From Escherichia coli (GTDB lineage Bacteria; Pseudomonadota; Gammaproteobacteria; Enterobacterales; Enterobacteriaceae), in the NCBI RefSeq assembly GCF_041886205.1, contig NZ_CP169029.1: 64,000 nucleotides of DNA. One strand, 5' to 3'. Positions 10,219-20,064 of the stretch are shown one piece after another; position 1 is the first letter of the stretch, and the number at the start of each line of letters is the position of its first letter. The notes beneath the pieces were generated by a model. That model worked only from the letters and a program-made list of their open reading frames with translations. It had not been told where the DNA came from and did not search any database. A program made the translations under genes and the position numbers.

Positions 10219-10707
10219 TTAACGATCATAATCAACATTATGAGTATCTATTCTACATGATGAATAAGTAATTCCGCTTTCACCACTAATATTTACGCCA
10301 GCCTTTACCTTCCCTGTTTTCGTAACATCAACAAAGAATTGCCCTCTTGGCATTTTAAATGCAAAAGAGAAACCAATAATTTCCGAGTCAAAGTTATTTT
10401 CATCCTCACTAATTGGTACAATAAAAGTCAATGGTGCAGATTGTGAGTTATTTTCAAAATCAAAAGCACCAATGCTTTTATTAAACTCGTAGGATGCTTT
10501 TTTTATTAAAAGAGTTCCACTTGCCGACTTTGCTGGGCATATTACATACAGTCTATTTATTCCCTCTACATCTAGATCTATATTCTTATCCGCTGAAGTT
10601 TTAACGTTATCTATAAAGTATGTAGCAAGCTGCTTTTCCGTTACTGGCTTCGCAAAGGAGTTTAATGGCAGTCCTACAGCCAACAACAATATAAACATTT
10701 TCTTCAT
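10219..10707 (-). CDS. Moron: secreted/periplasmic protein of unknown function (signal peptide MKKMFILLLAVGLPLNSFA)
   Basis: AT-rich ORF inserted between tape-measure and DNA-circulation genes; own terminator; N-terminal hydrophobic signal with SFA cleavage motif; ORF-track start 10740 probably upstream of true start. Confidence 0.6.
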   Translation of the reverse strand: MKKMFILLLAVGLPLNSFAKPVTEKQLATYFIDNVKTSADKNIDLDVEGINRLYVICPAKSASGTLLIKKASYEFNKSIGAFDFENNSQSAPLTFIVPISEDENNFDSEIIGFSFAFKMPRGQFFVDVTKTGKVKAGVNISGESGITYSSCRIDTHNVDYDR

Positions 10708-10771
10708 ATTCTCTCCTACATTCAGCACAAACTTTACCACTCAATAACCCTACTTGATTAAAGTAGTTATA

Positions 10772-12673
10772 TTATCGTCTGAATGGAGAATACCCCACAT
10801 CGTGCGTGATTTTCATCAGGGGATCGGCTTTGCCCGGTACATCAATTATCTTCATACCTGGCGGAGCATTCTCGAACGTGACTTTCAGCTCGCTGTGCTG
10901 TGTCATGGAAGAAGATGGATTCAACAGCGGAACATTGGGTTTGTACTGACTCAGGCTGGCCTGATACTGCTCGTACTCTTTACGATCAAAAAAAGGCGTC
11001 CAGTCTGAAGCCAGAAACAGCCCTTTATTATCCAGCCAGTTAACCGTATCTTCAGGAACAACACTTTCCAGAGTATCTTTAACCGGCTCATACATCAGGG
11101 TTCCCAGAAAACCATATACCCCGGCCTTCCCGATAAAGCCGCGCCCTTTCCCCATCAATCCCGTTTCTGCCGATACCTTCCCCAGCGTACGCATCTCTCT
11201 GGTCACTGCGGTAATGGATTTGGTAACGTCAGCAACCCATTTGGTTGCCATAAACAGGGCAATCGCTTTCAGAACAGTTTCCCATCCCCCCATCGCCTGC
11301 GCCGTTTCATCCACCACGTGCCAGACTTTTTTTATGACAGGACCTACGGTTTCCCAATTATCAATAATGAGGTAAGCGCCACCAACCAGAAGAGCAATCA
11401 GCCCCTTAGCAGGCGTCATATTCATCACACCGCCGAGAACTTTCATGATTCTGGACAAAGAGCCTGCAGCGGCCCCCACTGTCAGTAAAGCCAGACCGAT
11501 TTTAGCAATGGTCTTAACGAGCTCCGGGTTTTCACGGACAAACGTTCTCACTTCCTCAAGGAGCGGTTTTACCGCTTCAAGACCATCATTAACCTCAGGA
11601 AGAAACGTTTCCCCCAGAGTGGAAGAAATGGCATCAAGTTGATTTTGCAGAAGTAAAAGCTGGTTTTCCGTCGTCGCTGCCCTCGAAGCATATTCCTTCT
11701 GCATCGAACTGCCATACTGCTGGGAATCCGCAACCCGCCTGAAGTTGGTACGCAACAAATCAAGGTTAGTCAGCAGAGGTGCTATCGCGCCCAGAGACTC
11801 TTTCCCGAACAGGGCATTCAGCACAGCTGCCTGTTTTTCTTTAGGCACTTTAGACATCGCATCCAGTACAGACAGCATGGTTCCCCGGGCATCTTTCTGC
11901 ATATCAGCAGCTAATTTCTTCGGATTGATCCGCAGAAAACGTAATGCCTGTTTCTGCGATTTTGTCGCGGAATTTCCCGCGGTCAGGGAAAGCATGAAGT
12001 TCTTGATCCCTGTGGCGGCAATTTCTGACTCCACGCCCATCCCGGCAATGGTTGCCCCCATTGCCGCGATTTCGCCGGAAGCCACACCTGCAACACCACC
12101 TAAAGGACCAATACGCGTAACAATATCGGAGATTTTCTTCGCATTCGCCGGACCGGTATTACCAAGGTAGTTGATTTTGTCAGCCAGCCCGGCCACTTCA
12201 TCCTGCGTCATATTAAACGCAGTACGCCACTGGGCCATCATCTGCCCGGACTCTTCAGCCGTGGTATCAAAGGCCACGCCCATCTTCACCGCATCAGTGG
12301 CAAACTGCATCAGTTCATCACGTGCAATCCCGGCCTGACCGCCAGCCGCCACAATTTCCGCGATCCCGTCTGCAGACATGGGAAGCTCAGTAGACAAAGC
12401 GCGTACCTGCTCCGTCATGGCCTTAAACGCATCCGGCGTATCCAGACCGTCCACCACTTTGCGGACATCAGCCATCTTCGATTCAAGGGTGATGGCTGAT
12501 TTTACAGGGAGTGCCAGTGCCCCCATTATTGCAGTACCCGCCCCGGCAGCGCCCAGAGCAAGGCTGGAGACTTCTTTCTGAAACCCCTTAAGCTGACGCT
12601 GCATACCTTTAAGCGGGCCGGATAGCCTGTCAACGGCGGTGATGATGGCTTTCAGCTGAAAATTATCAGCCAT
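10772..12673 (-). CDS. Tail tape measure protein
   Basis: 633 aa, Ala/Gly-rich with hydrophobic central segments, located after tail tube/chaperone. Confidence 0.8.
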   Translation of the reverse strand: MADNFQLKAIITAVDRLSGPLKGMQRQLKGFQKEVSSLALGAAGAGTAIMGALALPVKSAITLESKMADVRKVVDGLDTPDAFKAMTEQVRALSTELPMSADGIAEIVAAGGQAGIARDELMQFATDAVKMGVAFDTTAEESGQMMAQWRTAFNMTQDEVAGLADKINYLGNTGPANAKKISDIVTRIGPLGGVAGVASGEIAAMGATIAGMGVESEIAATGIKNFMLSLTAGNSATKSQKQALRFLRINPKKLAADMQKDARGTMLSVLDAMSKVPKEKQAAVLNALFGKESLGAIAPLLTNLDLLRTNFRRVADSQQYGSSMQKEYASRAATTENQLLLLQNQLDAISSTLGETFLPEVNDGLEAVKPLLEEVRTFVRENPELVKTIAKIGLALLTVGAAAGSLSRIMKVLGGVMNMTPAKGLIALLVGGAYLIIDNWETVGPVIKKVWHVVDETAQAMGGWETVLKAIALFMATKWVADVTKSITAVTREMRTLGKVSAETGLMGKGRGFIGKAGVYGFLGTLMYEPVKDTLESVVPEDTVNWLDNKGLFLASDWTPFFDRKEYEQYQASLSQYKPNVPLLNPSSSMTQHSELKVTFENAPPGMKIIDVPGKADPLMKITHDVGYSPFRR

Positions 12674-12757
12674 GCTTCATCTCCTCATTTATACGGACGG
12701 CCTCTGCCTCCAGATCAGCAAAGTGGGAAATAGCCGTCCGGCGAAGTTCAAGGGGGT

Positions 12758-13081
12758 TTAATTTCCAGAACCACGCGACATTGTAGAATCGCTTCCGGAG
12801 GTCTCTTCCGTCTCCAAGCCGGTAAAAAAACGCATTACAATCATGCCTGCCTTGAAAATATCCAGCTTCGTCATCTGCGCTGCAGACGAGCGCGGGATCC
12901 CGGCCAGAAGCGGGATATATTTCAGCGCTACCTGACTGTCCATTTTCATACCACCATCAGGCGAAACAGAGAAAGGGAACCCCAGCGCCTCAATCTCGTC
13001 ATACGTAGGCTCACGTATTTCCAGCACATGCAGTGTTTCTTTGTGGGCGATGATCGGTTTTTTAAGTACAAGCTCAATCAC
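12758..13081 (-). CDS. Tail assembly chaperone-like protein
   Basis: 107 aa between tube and tape measure. Confidence 0.5.
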   Translation of the reverse strand: MIELVLKKPIIAHKETLHVLEIREPTYDEIEALGFPFSVSPDGGMKMDSQVALKYIPLLAGIPRSSAAQMTKLDIFKAGMIVMRFFTGLETEETSGSDSTMSRGSGN

Positions 13082-13434
13082 TGGTAATCCCCTTCTTCAC
13101 CGTGGAACTCAAGATCAACCGTACCTTCTTCGGCATTATGGTTCGCTTCGCCGTGCAGCCAGGCTGACGACAATACATAGACCTGACCGTTCGCCAGCTC
13201 GGCAGTGATGGTCATCTCATCAGACGAGGTGATTTTGCTCACCGGAAAATTCTTCGGCACCTTGAAGGTCCCTTTGACATAAGGCGCACGGTGAGTTTCC
13301 TTGCGGTCCACTGAACCGTCCAGGCCGATGATGTCATCATTGACCGTCCTGTTCATGGGCACCTCAATGCCGCCGGTCAGCGATAGCTGCTGACCGTCAA
13401 TTTTGAAATAACAGGTTCCCCCGATACGGGCCAT
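13078..13434 (-). CDS. Tail tube protein (Mu gpM-like)
   Basis: 118 aa immediately after sheath gene, overlapping stop/start. Confidence 0.7.
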   Translation of the reverse strand: MARIGGTCYFKIDGQQLSLTGGIEVPMNRTVNDDIIGLDGSVDRKETHRAPYVKGTFKVPKNFPVSKITSSDEMTITAELANGQVYVLSSAWLHGEANHNAEEGTVDLEFHGEEGDYQ

Positions 13435-14930
13435 TATGCAGACTCCTCTGAATACTGAAGACGGAACTGGTTAACCACGGCAAAGACACGCAACTGGTTA
13501 ACATAGTCAGGCGGGAACAGCGTGTTCAGGCGGTTCGGATCGCTGGCATCACGCTCCACAACCAGGTACTGCTTAAACAGTTCGTAGTTTTCCACGATCC
13601 CCGCACGCTCAAGCTGACGGTAGGTTGCCAGCAGTTCCCCTTTGATTACCGCCGGAGTGACAATCGCCTGACCGGGACCAAAGCGGGTACCGTCGCTGGC
13701 AAGCTTGTGACGCCCGTACTTACTGGTAATGACGGATTTCAGTTTGCGCAGTACATACGCACTGGTATGCAGCGTCTCGCTGTCGAGGTAGCTGTTATCC
13801 GCAACCCCGTAAGCATTTTTCCTGTACGTGGTGACATCACGCTGAATGCGCAGCACCCCGCTTTCGACATACGCCGTTGCCACGCCATGAGACAGCAGGG
13901 TCTGTTGCTCGGTCATCGTGAACCGTTTCCCCTTCGGCGCAGGCAGCATCCCCACCAGCTCACCGGTCTGCGTGGGACGTGCCGGATCGTTGCGAATAAA
14001 CACAGCTGCGCGGGCGGTACGGCTTGCCGCCAGCTCGTCGGCTGGCGTCTGAGTGTCTTTTTCGTATCCCGCCAGGGTAATGTGCTGCTGGTTAAACTGG
14101 TCACCTGCGGTCACCAGTTCTGACAGCGTGCCGATCTTTGCCGTATACACATGACCATACAGCTGACGCGCATAGCTCCAGCGACCGCTGGTATCGTTCA
14201 TCTCGGTCACCAGCGTGTTAACGGAGGCCGTGTCGTTGAACGGCAGGCCGATATAATCAAACGGCTCATCCGCCATTGCAGCCACCGCGCCGGTGAGAAC
14301 AGGAGCGCCCGTTCCGGCGGTACCCGTCGCCACGGCAATCTGTACGCCCGCTGGCAGCACTTCGCCCCCACCAAAGCCGTAGTAATTGAGGCTGACAGGA
14401 ATTTCATTCCCGCAAAGCCCCTTATGACGCGCGGTCAGTGTGACCACGCCTGCCGAAGATGAGGCCGTAAACGGCAGGGCCGGAACGGCATTAATGGCAT
14501 CCTGGATACTGCTGGCAATCGTCGCGACGTTATCGCCGTTGGTCACCGGTGCCTGCACGCGGGTACGTCCCACATAAACATTCACCGTGCCAGTTTCGGT
14601 TGCCGCCCCGGTCACCGTCAGCGTAACCGTTGCCGCCGCGCCTGTGGCTTCCGGAACGGCAATCACATACAGCTCGCCAAACGGGTCGGTCTGGCGATAA
14701 GCCTCGACCATACGCGCCAGCTGACTTCCCGCACCACAAATCTGGCGTGCATAGTCTGCCGACGGCATCAGCACCAGACTGTTGGCAACAATCTCTGCAC
14801 CGTTATTGGCGTGACCAATCAGCAACGATGCCCCGCTGTCCTGTGCAGTATTCGCCGCCTGGTTATCCATTTCCGCATAAAACAGCGGAACCAGCGTATT
14901 CGACGGAATGGTGTTAAAGCTTATCGTCAT
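13434..14930 (-). CDS. Contractile tail sheath protein (Mu gpL-like)
   Basis: 498 aa; size/synteny. Confidence 0.8.
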   Translation of the reverse strand: MTISFNTIPSNTLVPLFYAEMDNQAANTAQDSGASLLIGHANNGAEIVANSLVLMPSADYARQICGAGSQLARMVEAYRQTDPFGELYVIAVPEATGAAATVTLTVTGAATETGTVNVYVGRTRVQAPVTNGDNVATIASSIQDAINAVPALPFTASSSAGVVTLTARHKGLCGNEIPVSLNYYGFGGGEVLPAGVQIAVATGTAGTGAPVLTGAVAAMADEPFDYIGLPFNDTASVNTLVTEMNDTSGRWSYARQLYGHVYTAKIGTLSELVTAGDQFNQQHITLAGYEKDTQTPADELAASRTARAAVFIRNDPARPTQTGELVGMLPAPKGKRFTMTEQQTLLSHGVATAYVESGVLRIQRDVTTYRKNAYGVADNSYLDSETLHTSAYVLRKLKSVITSKYGRHKLASDGTRFGPGQAIVTPAVIKGELLATYRQLERAGIVENYELFKQYLVVERDASDPNRLNTLFPPDYVNQLRVFAVVNQFRLQYSEESA

Positions 14931-15092
14931 CGGTGTTCACCTTTTTATTCACGCGCCGGATATCACCCGCTGCTTCACGGCGCAGCCAGTAGTTGTTCTC
15001 GTCAACATTTCGCCCTTCGGTGGGCAAAAGGTCACCGCGGGCAGGGTCAGGCACTGACCGCCCTTTAACAGGTTTCACAAACATGAAGATTC

Positions 15093-15653
15093 TCAGGAAG
15101 GAAGGGTTATTTCGGTGTGATGTTCGATATCGCCGTCAGGCCCGTTACCGGGATCGAGATAATCAACATCAATCGCCAGCGTTCGCAGTTCATCCAGACT
15201 GTTCAGGTCATCCTGCTGGCGGGTATCGTCTTCGGTCAGCTCGCTGATGACCGAAAAATCGAACTGATAAATCAGCTCATGACGATTCAGATCCAGCAGC
15301 GTGCCGCCGTCATAGTTAATCGGGTTACCGCACGCTTCCGGGTTCCAGCCCAGCAGGGCCTTAAAGAGCATCTGCCGGACATCGTCCACCACATCATACG
15401 AGGCAAACTGACCGCGCTCATCACGCCCGTTACTCAGTATGACAACCACGGAGAAGCCCTCTTTCAGCTCCTGCCAGTAGTCGGTATGGCTTTTGTTTTC
15501 TCCCGGAGAATCATCCCCCGGTACCACATATGCCGCCGGGAGTTTCAGCTTTCCGACCTCCGGCAGATTTTTGAACTGGGCCGCGCCTGCCACCCGGTTT
15601 TCAAAATACGGGCAGCGGGCACGCAGCGCAGCAATAACAGGCGTCAGTTTCAT
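15093..15653 (-). CDS. Tail terminator/completion-like protein
   Basis: 186 aa between head-tail joining genes and sheath. Confidence 0.4.
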   Translation of the reverse strand: MKLTPVIAALRARCPYFENRVAGAAQFKNLPEVGKLKLPAAYVVPGDDSPGENKSHTDYWQELKEGFSVVVILSNGRDERGQFASYDVVDDVRQMLFKALLGWNPEACGNPINYDGGTLLDLNRHELIYQFDFSVISELTEDDTRQQDDLNSLDELRTLAIDVDYLDPGNGPDGDIEHHTEITLPS

Positions 15654-16204
15654 GTTTTTTTCCTTCTTACAGGACGTAATGACCGCTGTAACTCACGGGA
15701 CAGTAACTTTTGTGTCCAGTAACGACGCTGGTCGATGACATCAGCCATAAAGTTATTACGTGGTGCCAGCCGCCAGCGGGATGAATGCTGCTTTTTCTGG
15801 CGCTTATCCTTTTTGCTCATCCCGTATGCGGCATGACGCACACCGTAATACAGAAACGCCGGATAATACGCAGAACCTTCAGGAAAACGCCGGTTACCCT
15901 GCCCGTTTTTCTGGTTAGGGGAAATCCTGACCATCAGGCCAGAACGACGGGAGCTTTTACGGGGGACGTAATAACCTATAGAACGCGCAAGTCGTCCGGT
16001 CTGATAGCCGGGGTTTTCACCTGGAGCAGACCGACCACGTCGCATCACCAGCCGCCGGGCATCACGCATATAGACACGCCCGATTTGAACAAATGCCCTT
16101 CGGAGCCTGGCACGATTAAACTCCATCTCCTCCGGTTGTTTGAAATCAACGTGTAAAAATGCTGTCTGCTCCACTGCGTCCTCCCATTTGTTCTTCGGCA
16201 CCAA
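15650..16204 (-). CDS. Head-tail joining protein (HK97 gp10-like)
   Basis: 184 aa basic protein; synteny. Confidence 0.4.
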   Translation of the reverse strand: MVPKNKWEDAVEQTAFLHVDFKQPEEMEFNRARLRRAFVQIGRVYMRDARRLVMRRGRSAPGENPGYQTGRLARSIGYYVPRKSSRRSGLMVRISPNQKNGQGNRRFPEGSAYYPAFLYYGVRHAAYGMSKKDKRQKKQHSSRWRLAPRNNFMADVIDQRRYWTQKLLSRELQRSLRPVRRKKT

Positions 16205-16556
16205 GTTCCGTACACTCCAGCAGCAGAAAGCGCCGCGCCCCGTTCAGATCACGCTGACGTTTCACCCGGTACACACTGTCATCACAGACCACCTCATAAT
16301 CAGCAGTGATCCCCCGGCGGTAGCGAATGGTGATGTAATGGGTGATGGCGTCTCCGATCTGCGCGGTTTCCTGCCAGGTGGTGGCACTGGTCTGGATAAC
16401 CTTCGCCCATGCCCGGAACGCAACCGGGTATTGAGGCTCCACGCCAAAGTTATCCGCGGGCATATCCACCCGCTGGCGGATCAGGACGCGTTTATTCAGC
16501 TCGCCTGGGTCAGGCAGAATGTAGGTTGCGCTGGTCTGCGCCTGACGAATTTTCAT
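16146..16556 (-). CDS. Head closure / head-tail adaptor protein
   Basis: 136 aa; synteny after capsid gene. Confidence 0.45.
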   Translation of the reverse strand: MKIRQAQTSATYILPDPGELNKRVLIRQRVDMPADNFGVEPQYPVAFRAWAKVIQTSATTWQETAQIGDAITHYITIRYRRGITADYEVVCDDSVYRVKRQRDLNGARRFLLLECTELGAEEQMGGRSGADSIFTR

Positions 16557-16921
16557 AGTGGTATAAGGCGATAAGGAGCAACCAACCAGTTAAAGCTCAT
16601 TGGCAACTCCATTTTCTCAACGTCTGTAACCGTTGAGCGGTTTTCGTAGAAATGGCTGACAAGTAGCAGGAGCGCCAGCTTCACATCATCAGATATCACA
16701 AGCCCATCAGGATCATCCGCAGGCCTGTCATCTGCGGTTGCATACAACGTACGGTTAAGGAAGTTTTCCGTCCGACTCTGAGCGGCCTTCCCAAGTAGTT
16801 CAAGCAACTCATCTTCATCAGAGAAATCATCATCCAGACGAAGCTGAAGCTTAATCTCTTCCATTTTTAACAGCATAAAACCTCCTGTGCCCGCCAGAAC
16901 GCGGGCACAAAAAAACCGCAT
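16553..16921 (-). CDS. Head-tail connector protein (gp6-like); true start possibly at internal Met
   Basis: 122 aa ORF directly after major capsid gene. Confidence 0.45.
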   Translation of the reverse strand: MRFFCARVLAGTGGFMLLKMEEIKLQLRLDDDFSDEDELLELLGKAAQSRTENFLNRTLYATADDRPADDPDGLVISDDVKLALLLLVSHFYENRSTVTDVEKMELPMSFNWLVAPYRLIPL

Positions 16922-16954
16922 TACGCGGCGTGCTGTATTACGTAAAAAGACTAA

Positions 16955-18184
16955 TCAACCACCAACGCTACCTTTCCCCACCAGCGCTTTAATGGCAGAG
17001 GTGTCTTCCAGGATACAGTCAAAACGATGGAAGGCCAGAAAACCGGTCTGATCATATTCCGCGTAACGCTCAACCAGACGTTTAAGAATCATGTATCGCA
17101 CACGACGGATAATGAAGCGATCAAAGTCACCACAGAACATGAATTTTTTACCCGCCCCGATATCATCAATTTCCTGATCAATGACATACGGTACATTCAA
17201 CACTGAAGCAGGGGCCACACCAACAATATCCGGCAACCATAAAGGGCGTCCCTGACCGTCTTCCATCTCACTGATCAGTTTCAGCGTATTATCGTTAAAC
17301 GCCAGGCGGAATTTCGGTCCGCGACGATATGCAGGATCAATGCTGTGTTTCAGAGCCAGAATTTCCTGCCACTTCACAGCATTTGCCGCGGCAGTCTGTG
17401 TTGTGCCGGTCACTGATGCTGCCAGCCCTTTGGGTTGTTTAGGCGTACCAGCACCCGTCCCCTGAATCAGATAACGGGCTTCACCACGACCAATACGTTC
17501 AGCAATGCGACGGGCAAGATAAGCTTCCATATCGATCGCGCTGTCCTGCAGCAACTCATTAGACACACGAATTATTTTCGATGTCATTTTGAGCGCCCCA
17601 AGGCTTCCCATACCGAAATCGGTGTCTTCTTCACCGGCTTCTTCATTTTCGCCCAGCAGAACACCAACTTCGGAAGTACCATCAGCTGTTGCCCACTCCA
17701 TAGTGCGACCGTCAGAAGTGGTAAGAATCTGCGCCACACTGGCGATGCCACCGTAGGATTTCATCTTCTCAACAACTTTCGCCAGGAATGTTTCTGGTAC
17801 GGTATATCCACCCTTTTCATCCTGAGCTACGCCCTGGGCACGAAGTTCACGCAACGCCTTTCGTTCTTCTGATGTCAGCTCACTGGCACCGTGACGCATC
17901 CACTTATCAAAAACCTGAGCTCGTTTCTCATCCTGTTGTGGATTGTTTTCCGGATCAAGATTCTGACGCTGCTCTTCCTCATTGCTTTCAATGTACGCCT
18001 GATCCTGACGACGTAGTTCTTCTTCGCGAGCAATTCGTTCATCAAGCGCTTCCAGTTCGGATTTTGCTTTGTTCCACTCAGTGCGCTGCTCTTCCGTCCA
18101 TGCGTTATCACCAATTTTTTCATTCAGGGCGCGCATGTCAGTTGCGATAGTATTACGTTTCTGTTTCAGTTCATGCAGTTTCAT
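16955..18184 (-). CDS. Major capsid protein (HK97 fold) with N-terminal coiled-coil delta/scaffold domain
   Basis: 409 aa; N-terminal charged coiled-coil then capsid body; follows prohead protease. Confidence 0.8.
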   Translation of the reverse strand: MKLHELKQKRNTIATDMRALNEKIGDNAWTEEQRTEWNKAKSELEALDERIAREEELRRQDQAYIESNEEEQRQNLDPENNPQQDEKRAQVFDKWMRHGASELTSEERKALRELRAQGVAQDEKGGYTVPETFLAKVVEKMKSYGGIASVAQILTTSDGRTMEWATADGTSEVGVLLGENEEAGEEDTDFGMGSLGALKMTSKIIRVSNELLQDSAIDMEAYLARRIAERIGRGEARYLIQGTGAGTPKQPKGLAASVTGTTQTAAANAVKWQEILALKHSIDPAYRRGPKFRLAFNDNTLKLISEMEDGQGRPLWLPDIVGVAPASVLNVPYVIDQEIDDIGAGKKFMFCGDFDRFIIRRVRYMILKRLVERYAEYDQTGFLAFHRFDCILEDTSAIKALVGKGSVGG

Positions 18185-18194
18185 GATGTTTCCT

Positions 18195-18812
18195 TTACGC
18201 GTTAAGAAGGGTCAGGACGCGTTCACGCGCCATACGTTGATTAATGGCTTTCTGTAGCGCGCCGCTGTTGCGCGCCTCCTGCCATGCTTTCATGGAGCGA
18301 ACAGCCGAGTCAGCCTCCTGATAGGCAGGATATGTCACAGGACTGACATCCAGCAGACGGGAAAAGCGGGTTATCTCGCGAATAACAACCCCGTCCTCAT
18401 CCTGATACCACTCCTCGCCGTCACGGGCGACACGGAAAGCAAAAGATGACTGGTTAATATCTCCACGTTGCATCGGGGCCAGCACCAGATCACGAATGGT
18501 CTGTGTCTCCGGAGCCTGGATGTCATAGCGCAATCCGCGCTCATCAACTGAAAGATTCAGCGTGCCTGCTGCACTACGCCCAAGAATAAAATTAGGATCG
18601 TGGTTAAACAGTGCGCGTACATCATCACCAAGCACATCGTCAAAAGCGCCGGGCCGGATGATTTCGCGGAATGAACCGAATATCAGCTCAGAACGACAGT
18701 CAAACACCGATCCATAACCGATAATGTGCGCCGGGTTATCGTCATGCCGCTCAGCACGCACCTCACCGCTGTAACAACGGATTTCACGGTCATTCATTGG
18801 TTTTTCCCTCAT
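18195..18812 (-). CDS. Prohead protease (HK97 family)
   Basis: 205 aa between portal and capsid. Confidence 0.75.
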   Translation of the reverse strand: MREKPMNDREIRCYSGEVRAERHDDNPAHIIGYGSVFDCRSELIFGSFREIIRPGAFDDVLGDDVRALFNHDPNFILGRSAAGTLNLSVDERGLRYDIQAPETQTIRDLVLAPMQRGDINQSSFAFRVARDGEEWYQDEDGVVIREITRFSRLLDVSPVTYPAYQEADSAVRSMKAWQEARNSGALQKAINQRMARERVLTLLNA

Positions 18813-20064
18813 CGTTTTTTGGGGGCTTAAAATCTCCTGCCGGGTTAGCAGCGTTCACGCTTACCAGCATCTCATCCAGCCCTTCAACCGGATTCATATC
18901 CTCGAATGCGCGGGCCTCATTACGGCTCATCCATCCATCGGTAATAGCGAAGTGATAGAATTGCGCGCGCTCCTGCGGAGTTCCGCGTAAAAGCCCCGTC
19001 AGATTGAACCTGACGTAATACCCGGCGGCTAACTCAGCGCGGGTAAACAAGCGACGGTTAAGCTCCTGCTCCCAGTTCGTCACCCACGGCATCATCGTGT
19101 AGCGGACAAACTGAATCGCCTGCGCAGAAATATTGGAGAAGGTGGCTTTTTCGAGGTCATTAATCATGTGCGCAGGAATATTGAAAATACCGGCAATCAT
19201 TGAACGGTTCAGTTTCATCATGTCAATGATCTGAGCGTCAACTGGCGACACAGTCAGTGCCTTGTAATCCAGATCGGCTGGCAGCAGCATGGTTTTGTTT
19301 TCCTGGCGGCGTAACGCCTGCGATGCCTTCTGCCACTGATCTTTAAGCCAGCCCCAGCTTTCCTTATTGAGTCCGCTTTTAACGGATACTATCCCCGCCG
19401 GACGGGCATTACCGCTGAAGAAGCTTTCTGTGTACTTCTGACCGCTCATCCCCATGCCTATTGTTTCGGCATGTTGCATAATCGGACTCAGCCCCATCTT
19501 CTGATTATTACCCAGCGCACGGATGTGGATCATATCGTCCGGACTGATCGCAAACGCCCCATATTCGTTGTACAAACCGTAGGTATATCGGCCACCAGTA
19601 TTCATCAGCGTCGTTTCCCACGGCATACAGCAATCCAGGGATATGACTTCACCGCGACGATTACGTTTCACCCAGGTATACCCATTCCCCCAGCCAAGGA
19701 TGTGACGTTGCTTCAGTTCGCGCCATTTGTAGCTGGTTTGCCAGGTATTGGGCTCATCATGAACCAGATAAAACGCCGGATGATCGCGTGCGGGTTCAAC
19801 CTTCCCCTTGTGCCTGCGCATAACATGCAACGGCATCTGGGCAAGGCTGGAAGACAGGACATAGATACAGGAATACACCGCAGCCAGTTTCATCGCAGTC
19901 TCAGGACTGACATAAACGTCTGCCCGGAACAGCCCATCAGTATCAACGGCATCACCGGTTATCGGGGTGGAAGGATTCTCCAGTGATTTACTTCTGAACA
20001 GAGCATCAAGCAGCACGCGTCCCCCTTCTGGCCATAGCCAGTGCGCCCACCAGCAGTAAAGCAC
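18790..20064 (-). CDS. Portal protein
   Basis: 424 aa after terminase large subunit. Confidence 0.8.
   Translation of the reverse strand: MLYCWWAHWLWPEGGRVLLDALFRSKSLENPSTPITGDAVDTDGLFRADVYVSPETAMKLAAVYSCIYVLSSSLAQMPLHVMRRHKGKVEPARDHPAFYLVHDEPNTWQTSYKWRELKQRHILGWGNGYTWVKRNRRGEVISLDCCMPWETTLMNTGGRYTYGLYNEYGAFAISPDDMIHIRALGNNQKMGLSPIMQHAETIGMGMSGQKYTESFFSGNARPAGIVSVKSGLNKESWGWLKDQWQKASQALRRQENKTMLLPADLDYKALTVSPVDAQIIDMMKLNRSMIAGIFNIPAHMINDLEKATFSNISAQAIQFVRYTMMPWVTNWEQELNRRLFTRAELAAGYYVRFNLTGLLRGTPQERAQFYHFAITDGWMSRNEARAFEDMNPVEGLDEMLVSVNAANPAGDFKPPKNDEGKTNE

Noticed and set aside
5473-15722. Numerous plus-strand ORFs (e.g. 5773-6024, 9149-9493, 11745-12170, 13707-14123, 15117-15722) overlapping minus-strand phage structural genes
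   Set aside because: They are antisense to long, syntenic, overlapping-stop/start structural genes in GC-rich DNA where spurious ORFs are common; no RBS or independent support.
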